Shown here piece after piece: positions 49,320 through 58,351 of a stretch of 64,000 nt of DNA. The position numbers and the translations under genes are program-made. How positions within the stretch are numbered: the stretch's first letter is position 1; each line of letters begins with the position of its first letter. The stretch is from Candidatus Hydrogenedentota bacterium (lineage in GTDB: Bacteria; Hydrogenedentota; Hydrogenedentia; Hydrogenedentales; JAEUWI01). The stretch lies in the NCBI GenBank assembly GCA_034669905.1, contig JAXMOL010000011.1, positions 32,001-96,000 of the forward strand, given 5' to 3'. The notes under the pieces are model-generated. The model did not search any database and had not been told where the DNA came from. It saw nothing but the letters and a program-made list of their open reading frames with translations.

Positions 49320-50105
49320 ATGACCGAAAATCCCTTTGACCTCTCCGGCAAGATTGCCCTCATTACGGGCACCAGCCGTGGCCTCGGCCAGTATATGGGC
49401 CGTGCCCTGGCCCGCGCCGGTGCCGACCTCATCATCACCAGCCGCGACGCCGACAGTCTCGCTCCCTTCCAAGCGGAAATTGAAGCCCTCGGGCGGCGCG
49501 CCTTCCCCGTGTCCCTGGACGTCCGCGACCACGACAGCATCCAGGCCGCCGTGGAAAGGGGGCACGAACACTACGGCCAAATCGATATCCTCGTTAACAA
49601 CGCGGGATGCAATGTGCGGAAGCCCTCCCTCGACATCACGTGGGACGACTGGAATCTCGTGCTCGAGACCAACCTGCGCGGTACCTTTTTTGTGGCCCAG
49701 GCGGTGGCGAAAAAAATGATTGCCCGCAACTATGGCCGCATCATCAACATCGGCTCCGTCACGTCGGTCTTTGGCTACGCCGGACTCGGCCCCTATTGCG
49801 CAAGCCGGGGCGGCACCAGGCAACTCACCATGAGCCTGGCCGACGACTGGGGCCAGCACGGCATCACCGTCAACTGCCTCGCGCCCGGCTGGTTTAAGAC
49901 CGCCCAGAATCAGGTCCTCTATGAAAACAAGGAATGGGTGGAGTACCTCTGCGACCGCATCCCCCTGAAGCGCCCGGGCCAGCCCAACGACCTGGACGGC
50001 ACGACGGTTTTCCTGGCGTCCGACGCGAGCGCCTACATCACGGGGCAGACCATCCTGGTGGACGGTGGCATCTCGACAGGGGCCACGAAAGCGACGGTGG
50101 AGTGA
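49320..50105 (+). CDS. SDR oxidoreductase (gluconate 5-dehydrogenase-like)
   Basis: ITGTSRGLG, LVNNAG, YCASR and VNCLAPGWF. Confidence 0.92.
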   Translation: MTENPFDLSGKIALITGTSRGLGQYMGRALARAGADLIITSRDADSLAPFQAEIEALGRRAFPVSLDVRDHDSIQAAVERGHEHYGQIDILVNNAGCNVRKPSLDITWDDWNLVLETNLRGTFFVAQAVAKKMIARNYGRIINIGSVTSVFGYAGLGPYCASRGGTRQLTMSLADDWGQHGITVNCLAPGWFKTAQNQVLYENKEWVEYLCDRIPLKRPGQPNDLDGTTVFLASDASAYITGQTILVDGGISTGATKATVE

Positions 50106-50156
50106 GACGGGCCGCTTGCAGGAGCCCTGTAAATACTTGACGCAGCTGCCCCTCTT

Positions 50157-50219
50157 TTGTGGACTGGGTGGACGCTTCTGAAGTGTCCATTTCGTCCACC
50201 AAGTCCACCGCGTCCACAA
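50157..50219. repeat. Inverted array of 9-nt GTGGAC/GTCCAC repeats
   Basis: TTGTGGACTGGGTGGACG ... GTCCATTTC GTCCACCAA GTCCACCGC GTCCACAA. Confidence 0.65.
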
Positions 50220-50261
50220 GAGTCAGCGAAGCATACATCTAAACCCATTGGAGCCCTCTAC

Positions 50262-52745
50262 GTGAATATCGCTGTCCTCCCCCTTCTTCTCTTCAGCGCC
50301 GTGACCTGGGAGCATCCCGCCGGGATGATCACCGACGCCACGATCTCGGAAGTTCGTGACAAGGTCGCCACCCAGGCTTGGGCACGGGAACACGTGAAGC
50401 GGATGGAGTCCTCGGTCACCCCGTGGGTGGAGAAAGACATCACCGAAATTCGTCGCATCTTCCCGCGCGAGGGCGGAAACGTCTACCACAATTTTTCCTG
50501 TCCCACCGACCGGGTCCGGCTCCAGCTTGATCTGTTTAATCCCGAGCAGTTTCACTGCACGACCTGTGGCGAAGATTTTGCGCCCCATACCGACGCGGGC
50601 ATCTACCCGGTGGGCGACCGTTACCACGGGGATATGTATGCGGGCTGGGTCTGTCTGTTTCACAACGGCCTCTCCCAGCGCATGGTCGACATGGCCTTCC
50701 TCAGCCGCCTGCAAGAGAAACCCGCCCTGAAATCCCGGGCCATCGAATTGCTGCTGCTCTATGCCGAGGTCTTGACTGCGCTCCCCCTTCGTGTGCCCGA
50801 ATCCATCAATCAGCACAGCCCCATGCGCGGCCAATACAATCGCATCCTCACCTATCACCGGGAAGGGGACAACACCATCCTCTTCAACCTCGCCCAGGTC
50901 TATGAGTTGGTGCGCGATGGCATGTCTTCCGCGCAGCGGGAGCAGGTGGAAGGGCAGGTGCTCACCCGTCTGCTCGAAGACATCATGCTCGAACCCCAGT
51001 ATGTCTATGACCACAACAACGTGTACCAGTGGCACCGCACGGTGGTCCAGGCGGGGCTCGCCCTGGAGCGGGAAGACGTTATCGACTGGGCCTTTGGTCA
51101 GGGGAATTACGCTCCGGAAAAACTGCCGGAACACCGCAGCATGGCGCGCATCCTCGACACCCATTTCAACGCCGATGGGGCCTTCTGGGAGCTGGCGTCG
51201 GGCTACCACCTCTACCCCGTGCAGCACCTCTGCGAATTTGCCGTCCTTTCGCGCAATGTTTCCGCCATGGACCCGGAACGCTTTCCCGCCGAGCGGTACG
51301 ACCTGACGCGACGGAGCAGCGCGGGCGGACAGGTCATCCACAAGGCCCTGACGTGGTTCATGTCGCTGGCCATGCCCGACCGCACGATGACCATCCTGGG
51401 CGACTCCACCAAGGCTCGGGCAGGGATGGATACCTACACGGCCACGGCCGAGATTGGCTACCGCTACTACGACATTGAGGCTGTGGGGGACTATGCGCGC
51501 TTCCGCGAGGGACGACGTTCCCAGCATGGCCTTTTTTATGGCGCACCGACGGTTGTGCAGCACGACCTGCCTTACACGAGCAGCTTCCTCTCCAGTGGCT
51601 GGGTATCCCTGCGCAATGAATGGGAAGACAACCAGGTCTGGGTGGGGCTGAACGGCCTGATTAAGGGGGGCGGCCATCAACATGCGGATCACCTTACGCT
51701 CACCCTCTTTGCCCACGGTCAGTTGCTCGCGCTGGAGAAAAGCGTGCCTTATAACGAAGGGACGTTGCGCGTGCTGGGCACGGAAACGGCCGCGCACAAC
51801 ACGGTGACCGTGGATAGGGAATCGGGTCCCCAGGGGGAAGCCCTCACACCGGAACAAACGCCGACGGTGGTCTATTTTCACGATGGGCCTGTGGTGAAGT
51901 ACGCCGAAATCCACGGCGATAATCTCTACGCACAAACCACCGTTTACCGGCGGGCGGTGGCCGTCGTCGAAGATGTGGTCGTCGACTGCTTCCGAGTCGA
52001 AGGCGGCGAAACCCACGACTGGATGGTCCATCATGGTGGTGCGGCACCCACCCTCTCCCTCGACCTGACGGACGGCTCCTTTGAGCCGAAAACCTGGCTG
52101 GCAGGTGGACGAGACGCTGTGCAGACGGCCACCACCGACGGTACCTGGGCCGCCGGGTGGTCGGTGGCCGATGTGAGTTCACGGCTGACCATGCTGGGTG
52201 CGGCAGATACCCAGGTCTTCGCCCTGGAGACCTATCCGCTGAATAATGCGGTGATTACCGACGCCTATCCGCCCACCCAGAGTCTCTGCGTGCGGCGAAA
52301 GGACGACGCCCCCTTCATCGCGGTGTGGGATAGCTGGAAAGACACGCCCAATCTGCTATCTGTCTCGGTGGGAAACCGTCCCGAAGCGCTATTACTGCGG
52401 ACCAAGGCGCACACCTACCATGTCTTGTTTGGTGGCGGGAAGGCCGTCTTTCCTGACGGCTTGGAGATGGAGAGCGATGGGGCTTTCGTGGTCGTGAAAG
52501 ACAGGCAAGCGATGACTCTCGTGGGCGGCACGGGACTCACGATGGCACAGGATGGGAACGAGCTGACGCTTGAAGGGGAGACGGTGGCGACGGTGGAAAT
52601 TCGGCGGGGTAACGAAGACATTACGGTGCACCCGGTCATTGCCCATGATACCTATGGGGGGGCGGACCATCCCCGACCCGCGCCAAGCAACGCGGGCTTT
52701 CAGATGGGCGGGACCTGGCCTGCGGGCGGAGTGATTGCCGAGTAG
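50262..52745 (+). CDS. Heparinase II/III-family polysaccharide lyase
   Basis: HNN, DGAFWELASGYHLY, GHQHADHL and AHNTVTVD; signal-like N-terminus from GTG 50262. Confidence 0.85.
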   Translation: MNIAVLPLLLFSAVTWEHPAGMITDATISEVRDKVATQAWAREHVKRMESSVTPWVEKDITEIRRIFPREGGNVYHNFSCPTDRVRLQLDLFNPEQFHCTTCGEDFAPHTDAGIYPVGDRYHGDMYAGWVCLFHNGLSQRMVDMAFLSRLQEKPALKSRAIELLLLYAEVLTALPLRVPESINQHSPMRGQYNRILTYHREGDNTILFNLAQVYELVRDGMSSAQREQVEGQVLTRLLEDIMLEPQYVYDHNNVYQWHRTVVQAGLALEREDVIDWAFGQGNYAPEKLPEHRSMARILDTHFNADGAFWELASGYHLYPVQHLCEFAVLSRNVSAMDPERFPAERYDLTRRSSAGGQVIHKALTWFMSLAMPDRTMTILGDSTKARAGMDTYTATAEIGYRYYDIEAVGDYARFREGRRSQHGLFYGAPTVVQHDLPYTSSFLSSGWVSLRNEWEDNQVWVGLNGLIKGGGHQHADHLTLTLFAHGQLLALEKSVPYNEGTLRVLGTETAAHNTVTVDRESGPQGEALTPEQTPTVVYFHDGPVVKYAEIHGDNLYAQTTVYRRAVAVVEDVVVDCFRVEGGETHDWMVHHGGAAPTLSLDLTDGSFEPKTWLAGGRDAVQTATTDGTWAAGWSVADVSSRLTMLGAADTQVFALETYPLNNAVITDAYPPTQSLCVRRKDDAPFIAVWDSWKDTPNLLSVSVGNRPEALLLRTKAHTYHVLFGGGKAVFPDGLEMESDGAFVVVKDRQAMTLVGGTGLTMAQDGNELTLEGETVATVEIRRGNEDITVHPVIAHDTYGGADHPRPAPSNAGFQMGGTWPAGGVIAE

Positions 52746-52794
52746 GAGTAGTTTAGTTTGAATCCGTGCTTGCGCACGGTGCCGTCGGGCCGAC

Positions 52795-52905
52795 GAAGAG
52801 GGGGACAGCCCCGACGCCCCCGTGGGCTTTGCTGTGGCCAGAAAAATCGTTCGCCCACACGTTGAACACATTCAGCCTGGTTCATTGCGTCGGTGCAGTC
52901 CCCGC
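52795..52905. repeat. REPIN/MITE-like element, family B
   Basis: GGGGACAGCCCCGACG...CGTCGGTGCAGTCCCC inverted ends. Homologous copies at about 60074-60186 and 60363-60474. Confidence 0.8.
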
Positions 52906-52919
52906 CGACGGTGCCATAG

Positions 52920-52955
52920 AAAAGGCCCCGCATCACCGGGATGATGCGGGGCCGT
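52920..52955 (-). terminator. Intrinsic terminator
   Basis: GGCCCCGCATCA-ccggga-TGATGCGGGGCC, with a T-tract on the minus strand. Confidence 0.75.
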
Positions 52956-52978
52956 TGTGTCTTGTGATTGAAGCTGAC

Positions 52979-55900
52979 TTACTTGAACATGGGCGCGTCG
53001 GGATTGCCGCGGGACATGAGGTAGGCCAGGAGGTCGAGGAACTCGGCTTCGTTCATGAAGTCGGCCTGCCCTTCCGGCATCTGGGAAAGACGGGACGCTT
53101 CAATGCTCGCCACTTCGGCCGTCTTCACGATGATGGGATCGGCTTTCGGGTCGGAGGTATGAATCTCCATCCGGCCTTCTTCTTCACTGCCGGACTTATT
53201 GATTACGATGCCCTCGTATTCCGTGCCATTTTCCATCGTCACGATGGAGGAACTGTATTGGTCGGAAATCACGTTGTTGGGCTCGATAATCGCCTCCAGC
53301 AAATCGGGCATGGAGAACTTGTTGGCCACGCTGGAAAGGTCGGGACCAACCGCACCACCGGCACCGTCGAAACGGTGACACTTCACGCAACCGACGGCGT
53401 AGAAGCTGTTCCGCCCATTCTCGAAGTTACGGCCGGTCAGTCCATTCTTCTTGACAGCCGCCAGGGCACTTTCGCGGGTCCAGGACTTGGACGCCCCTTC
53501 CAGCTCTTTGATTTCGAAGGCGGGTCCGGCTTCCAGGTTCAATCCCGTGATGGGGGCCAGGGCCACTTTCTCGGCTTCGGAGCAATTCGCCAAAGCTTCA
53601 TCGCGGATGTTGGTCAGGAACCCGGTATAACTTGCGCCACCCGGGTACTTGGCCGCCTCATTGATGAAGGTGAAGTAGGCTTCCCGCTGATCCATGGACC
53701 AACCATAACGCACGTTGCGGAGCATGAGCGCATAGTTAATCTTGAGGGACGGCGGGTGGTTGTCCAGCACCTGCTGGATGGTGCCGCCGTAGCCCGGATT
53801 ACGCCGGAGGAGTTCGGCCCAATCGGGGATCTTCGTTGGCGCGGCGTCGGCGAGGAGGGCCAGGCCCTTCTCGATGATGCTGGGTGCATCCAGGTAGACC
53901 AGGACACGTACCAACTCGGTGTTGAGGTTATCGCTCTTGGAGGGGAGGAGCGGGTCGATCTGGGCGATAGCCGTGTCGATTGCGGCCTGGTCGGGACGGC
54001 CCATGCGGCTGAAGGTGAGGCTGTAGGCCCGCAACAAGGCCAGGCTCACGTCTTCTTTGAGCTTTGCCAGGTCAAACTGACCGAGGCTCTTCAGGATTTC
54101 TCCCTGAATGGAAGCATCTCCCTGACGTGCCAGGGCAATGAGGGCCACAGCCGCGGCCTGCGGATCCTTTTCAGCGAGCGCCCGGTCCTGCCAGGTGGCG
54201 ACGGGCTGATTTTCGATGGCGATACGGGCGGCGAAACGGATATGGCGATCGTCGCTACCCAGGTGGGGCCACGCCGTTTCGACGGCGGCAGCGTCTTCTT
54301 TGCCGTGGAAGGCTTCCAGACTGCGGCGCAGCGCCCGTGCCTGAAGGGTCGCCGCAGACTCCTGCCGTTTCGCAGGTGCCGTGTTGGCATCGCCCGTGTA
54401 GTACACACGGTAGAGGGCCGACTGGGTGCCACGGCCACCAACGGTGAAGTACAAGGCACCGTCGGGTCCGACGACGGCATCGGTCAGGGGCAGGGGCGAA
54501 CCCGAAACGAACTCTTCCTTTTCACCCACATAGGAGGAACCTTCGGGGGTCATGTGGATGGCATACATGGTGCCGAAGGTCCAGTCGAGGATGTAAAAGG
54601 CATGCTGGTATTTGGCTGGGAATTTTGCCCCCGTGCCGAAGACCACACCCGTGGGCGAACCCGGTCCAATGTCGACGACGGCGGGGAGGCTGTCTTCGTA
54701 GTAGGTCGGCCATTTGCCCGTGCCACTGCGCCAGCCAAATTCGCTGCCGCTGGTGATGTGGTTCACACGGGTGGGACGGTACCAGGGGCTACCAATATCC
54801 CATTCCATGTCGGCGTCGAAGGTGAAGAGTTCTCCTTCGGCATTCAGGGCGATATCGTATTCGTTGCGAAAACCATTGCCAACCAGTTCCCAGCTCGTGC
54901 CGTCAGGAGAAACCTTGGCGACCCAGCCGCCGGGGGCCATACGGCCTTTGGCGTGGCCACGGGCATCCCACTGACGGGGGAGCAGGTGATCTTCCGCGTA
55001 GTTCAAGGGAGCGCGGCTACCCGAGAATTTCGTGGTGTTGGTGTGATTACCCGCGTTGATATAGAGATTCTTGCCGTCCTCGGTAAAGATGATGCCGTGG
55101 GGACCGTGCTCGCCGCTGCCCTTGAGGGTGCGAAGATGCTCCACTGCGTCCAGGTCGCCATTGCCATCGCTATCCGTTACGCGATAGAGACCGCTGTGGC
55201 CTCCGTCGTTCACGTCGACATAGAGGGCGTCGAAGGCCCACAGGAGGCCCTGGGCCGAGGTAATCTTTGCCGGCAAGGGTGTGACCACCGTTTCGGAAGC
55301 CGCGTCACCCAGGGCGGCAGGCTTCACGTGAAAGAGTCCGGCGTCACCCTGGTCCGAAACAAAGAGGCCACCGTCGGGGGCGTTGGTCATGGAAACCCAG
55401 GAACCCTGCGAACCCTTGGGCACGGTATACAGCAACTCGGCCGTGAAACCGGGAAGGAGATTCAGGTTGTTGACCACTTCGGCCGTGGGGGTGGGATCAA
55501 GATTGGCTTTCTCGGTCTGGGCCAACAGGTCGAGCGTGATGACCCGGGTCCAGACGACGCCTTCGCTCCCTACGACGCCGGCGACCTTGGCCTGCCCCCA
55601 TCCGCTGGCATCAAAACCGGGGCTTGCCCAGCCTTCCGGGCCCGCCGCAGCGGCCTTCCAGGAACCATCGGTGACCACGGCAACTTCTTTGCCATTGGCA
55701 TAGGTGAGGGTCAGGCGACAGAAAGCCCCGGCAGAGCCCTCTTTGTTGGAGGCCTGAATGGCGATCGTATTGGTGCCCGGGCTCAGCTTGGCCTTTACGG
55801 GGGTCGCGGAAAGCACTTCCCAGTTGCCGCTCTTCATGACGCGCTCGCCATTGACGAAAACGGCCAGTTCATTGTCACAGGAACCGACGACGATGGCCGA

Positions 55901-56050
55901 TTTCAGCTCTTCCTCCACCTCAAAGGTCGTCAGGAAAAAGGCCTGCTGGCCATCTTTCTGCTCGTCCAGCCATATCCAGGAGGGATCGGCCGCCCAGGCC
56001 AACACGGGACTCAGTATCGCCAGGGCGATCAGGGTAAATCGTTGTTTCAT
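52979..56050 (-). CDS. PVC-type heme-binding (cytochrome c) protein with beta-propeller dehydrogenase and HEAT-like domains
   Basis: Signal peptide; GEHGPHG, GFRNEYD, DADMEWD.G.PWYRPTR, heme motif CVKCH, GPDLS and SQMPEG. Confidence 0.9.
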   Translation of the reverse strand: MKQRFTLIALAILSPVLAWAADPSWIWLDEQKDGQQAFFLTTFEVEEELKSAIVVGSCDNELAVFVNGERVMKSGNWEVLSATPVKAKLSPGTNTIAIQASNKEGSAGAFCRLTLTYANGKEVAVVTDGSWKAAAAGPEGWASPGFDASGWGQAKVAGVVGSEGVVWTRVITLDLLAQTEKANLDPTPTAEVVNNLNLLPGFTAELLYTVPKGSQGSWVSMTNAPDGGLFVSDQGDAGLFHVKPAALGDAASETVVTPLPAKITSAQGLLWAFDALYVDVNDGGHSGLYRVTDSDGNGDLDAVEHLRTLKGSGEHGPHGIIFTEDGKNLYINAGNHTNTTKFSGSRAPLNYAEDHLLPRQWDARGHAKGRMAPGGWVAKVSPDGTSWELVGNGFRNEYDIALNAEGELFTFDADMEWDIGSPWYRPTRVNHITSGSEFGWRSGTGKWPTYYEDSLPAVVDIGPGSPTGVVFGTGAKFPAKYQHAFYILDWTFGTMYAIHMTPEGSSYVGEKEEFVSGSPLPLTDAVVGPDGALYFTVGGRGTQSALYRVYYTGDANTAPAKRQESAATLQARALRRSLEAFHGKEDAAAVETAWPHLGSDDRHIRFAARIAIENQPVATWQDRALAEKDPQAAAVALIALARQGDASIQGEILKSLGQFDLAKLKEDVSLALLRAYSLTFSRMGRPDQAAIDTAIAQIDPLLPSKSDNLNTELVRVLVYLDAPSIIEKGLALLADAAPTKIPDWAELLRRNPGYGGTIQQVLDNHPPSLKINYALMLRNVRYGWSMDQREAYFTFINEAAKYPGGASYTGFLTNIRDEALANCSEAEKVALAPITGLNLEAGPAFEIKELEGASKSWTRESALAAVKKNGLTGRNFENGRNSFYAVGCVKCHRFDGAGGAVGPDLSSVANKFSMPDLLEAIIEPNNVISDQYSSSIVTMENGTEYEGIVINKSGSEEEGRMEIHTSDPKADPIIVKTAEVASIEASRLSQMPEGQADFMNEAEFLDLLAYLMSRGNPDAPMFK

Positions 56051-56206
56051 AACACTTCCTATACGTTTAGGGTATGGATTCACATCCCGCGCCGCCGCAA
56101 GGGGCCGAAGATGCACCGCCAATAGAACAAAAGACCCGTCATACTGCCATATTCCCGGCCAAATTTGAAAGACGGGGCCGGGCCCCCTTCCTTCCCGCCC
56201 CGAATA

Positions 56207-56236
56207 TTGACATATCGACATATTTCGATATATAAT
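56207..56236 (+). promoter_or_regulatory. Consensus sigma70 promoter with overlapping palindromic operator
   Basis: TTGACA (56207-56212), 18 bp, TATAAT (56231-56236). Inverted repeat ATATCGA-n6-TCGATAT (56212-56231). Confidence 0.8.
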
Positions 56237-56287
56237 TCCCTTCGCAGTATACACGACGGGATTTCACACGGACTTAAGGAACTTCTC

Positions 56288-56806
56288 ATGACCAATACTA
56301 TCTCTCCGACGGAACTCGCCCACAGACAGGCGGCGGGCGACTCGATGGCCATTATTGACGTGCGGACTGCCCTCGAGTTTCGCGAGGTACATGTCCCCCA
56401 TGCCATCAACCTGCCCTTGGAAAAGGTGTCTTCTGCGGCCGTCCAGCAATTGGCAGACAGCGTCCCAATCTACGTCATATGCCGCAGTGGCCAACGGGCC
56501 GCCAAGGCCTGTGAACGGTTGGCCGACGATCCCCTGATCCACGTCAACCTGGTAGAAGGCGGCACGGAAGGCTGGATCCAGGCAGGGCTCAACGTAGTAC
56601 GTGGAAAAAAAACCATGTCCCTGGAGCGGCAGGTGCGCCTTACGGCCGGTGCCCTCGTGTTCCTGGGCACCGTGCTGGGCTATCTGCTACACCCGGCTTT
56701 CCTCCTTCTTTCGGGGGGCATGGGGCTCGGCCTCTTCGTTGCGGCCCTGACGGACTCCTGTGCCATGGGCATGATGCTCTCCCGCATGCCGTGGAACCGG
56801 AACTGA
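56288..56806 (+). CDS. Rhodanese + DUF2892 (YgaP-like) membrane protein
   Basis: IIDVRT..EF, catalytic CRSGQR, LERQV, and C-terminal C.MGMMLSRMPWN. Confidence 0.9.
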   Translation: MTNTISPTELAHRQAAGDSMAIIDVRTALEFREVHVPHAINLPLEKVSSAAVQQLADSVPIYVICRSGQRAAKACERLADDPLIHVNLVEGGTEGWIQAGLNVVRGKKTMSLERQVRLTAGALVFLGTVLGYLLHPAFLLLSGGMGLGLFVAALTDSCAMGMMLSRMPWNRN

Positions 56807-56917
56807 CGCCCCGCGATACCGGGAACGGGTGACGCGCTGTCCCACGGGCGTGGTCGCCTGCTATAATCGGCCTCTTTGAACCGTTATCCGCTTCGTTGCG
56901 TATTCGAAGGAGCCATC

Positions 56918-57742
56918 ATGCCCGACAAACTGACCGACACATCGCGTTTATGCGTCCATACCATGACGACCAAGCCCCTGGACCTGAAGGCGGCTATCCC
57001 GGCCTATGAGAATGCCGGGGTTAAAGGCATCACCCTCTGGCGTGACCATGTGGCCCCCTATGGCCCGAAGGAAGCGGCCAAGATGCTGAAGGATTCTGAC
57101 CTGGAAGTCGTCAGCCTGTGTCGGGGCGGATTCTTTCCGGCCACCTCGGGGATGGCCCGTGAACAGGCCCGCACCGACAACCGCAAGATCATCGACGAGG
57201 CCGCCGAATTGGGAGCACCCGTCTTGGTGCTCGTCTGTGGCGCCGTACCCGATCTGGATCTGAAAACCCAGCGCCAGCAGATTGCGGAAGCCATCCATTC
57301 CCTTATCCCCCATGCGAAGGGCGCGGGCGTAAAGCTGGCCATTGAACCCCTTCACCCCATGTATTCCGCAGATCGCTCCGCCATCAACGCCATGGACCAG
57401 GCCAACAACATGGTCATGATGCTGGGCAGCGAACAGGTGGGCATCGCCCTGGACGTGTACCACGTGTGGTGGGACCATTTCCTGAAGGCCGAAATCGAAC
57501 GGGCCACGGGCACCATCTTTTCCTTCCACGTCTGCGACTGGCGCGTGCCCACGCGGGACATGCTGAATGACCGTGCGGTCATGGGCGACGGCTGCATCCA
57601 GATCAACGAGATTCGGGGCTGGGTGGAAAAGGCGGGCTTTGACGGATTCATCGAAGTGGAAATCTTCTCCGATGAGCTCTGGGGCATGGATCAGGAACGC
57701 TATCTGAGGCGCATCAAGAACGCCTATCTGAAACACGTGTAG
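56918..57742 (+). CDS. Sugar phosphate isomerase/epimerase (TIM barrel)
   Basis: LCRGGFF, LAIEPLHP, DVYHVWWD, FHVCDW, GDGCI and EVEIF. Confidence 0.9.
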   Translation: MPDKLTDTSRLCVHTMTTKPLDLKAAIPAYENAGVKGITLWRDHVAPYGPKEAAKMLKDSDLEVVSLCRGGFFPATSGMAREQARTDNRKIIDEAAELGAPVLVLVCGAVPDLDLKTQRQQIAEAIHSLIPHAKGAGVKLAIEPLHPMYSADRSAINAMDQANNMVMMLGSEQVGIALDVYHVWWDHFLKAEIERATGTIFSFHVCDWRVPTRDMLNDRAVMGDGCIQINEIRGWVEKAGFDGFIEVEIFSDELWGMDQERYLRRIKNAYLKHV

Positions 57743-57849
57743 TCGGCTGATTCAGATCGATGGGGTGTTGTTTGCAAGGTACCGCTTATTCATGACGGCC
57801 AATCCGTGTCGCCCTTGTATTACCGCGTCTCTGTACAGGTCGATGGTAC

Positions 57850-58050
57850 GGGCTTTCAGCCCTGTACGATTCTATTGGCCCAAACATGGGGCGTTGCCCC
57901 ATGCTGATATGTTTTCGGGCCGTTGGCCCTACAGGAGGCTTCCACTATGGGACCAAGACTCCTTCCATAGCGCCGAAGGCGTGCGACATGCCAGCCTGGG
58001 GCGAAGCCCCAGGAAATCAAGGTTTAAATTGTAATAAGGGCTGAAAGTCC
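57850..58050. repeat. REP-doublet (REPIN-like) element, family C
   Basis: GGGCTTTCAGCCCT ... AGGGCTGAAAGTCC ends, with inner palindromes TGGGGCGTTGCCCCA and CCTGGGGCGAAGCCCCAGG. Confidence 0.7.
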
Positions 58051-58117
58051 GCCCCAATACGGCGGACATAAGCGCCTTCACCTACACATCAAACCACGAA
58101 CTGCGCGGGGTACGTGT

Positions 58118-58231
58118 TCAGACGATACCGCTGATAAGCAGACTCAGTGCAGAGATTAGTTCGGTCACGAAGTTTAATGCGAAGAACAGGGTATCCCGGA
58201 CCAATAGAAACAGTGCCAATAGAATCTGCAT
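58118..58231 (-). CDS. Candidate 37-aa hydrophobic small protein
   Basis: MQILLALFLLVRDTLFFALNFVTELISALSLLISGIV, with a GGAG RBS 6 nt upstream. Not in the ORF track. Confidence 0.5.
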   Translation of the reverse strand: MQILLALFLLVRDTLFFALNFVTELISALSLLISGIV

Positions 58232-58351
58232 GATGTACTCCAGCAAGGTGGACGCCACCGCGTCCTTCGGTAGACAAGAAGCGCCGAGCGCCTCCAACAG
58301 GTAGCTTTGGGTGCCCGAGTATAACAGAAAGTAACTTCACAGGAGCCACCC

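Noticed and set aside
52766..56125. 1119-aa plus-strand ORF
   Set aside because: Antisense shadow of the PVC-type heme protein gene; it has no motifs and is expected in GC-rich, codon-biased DNA.
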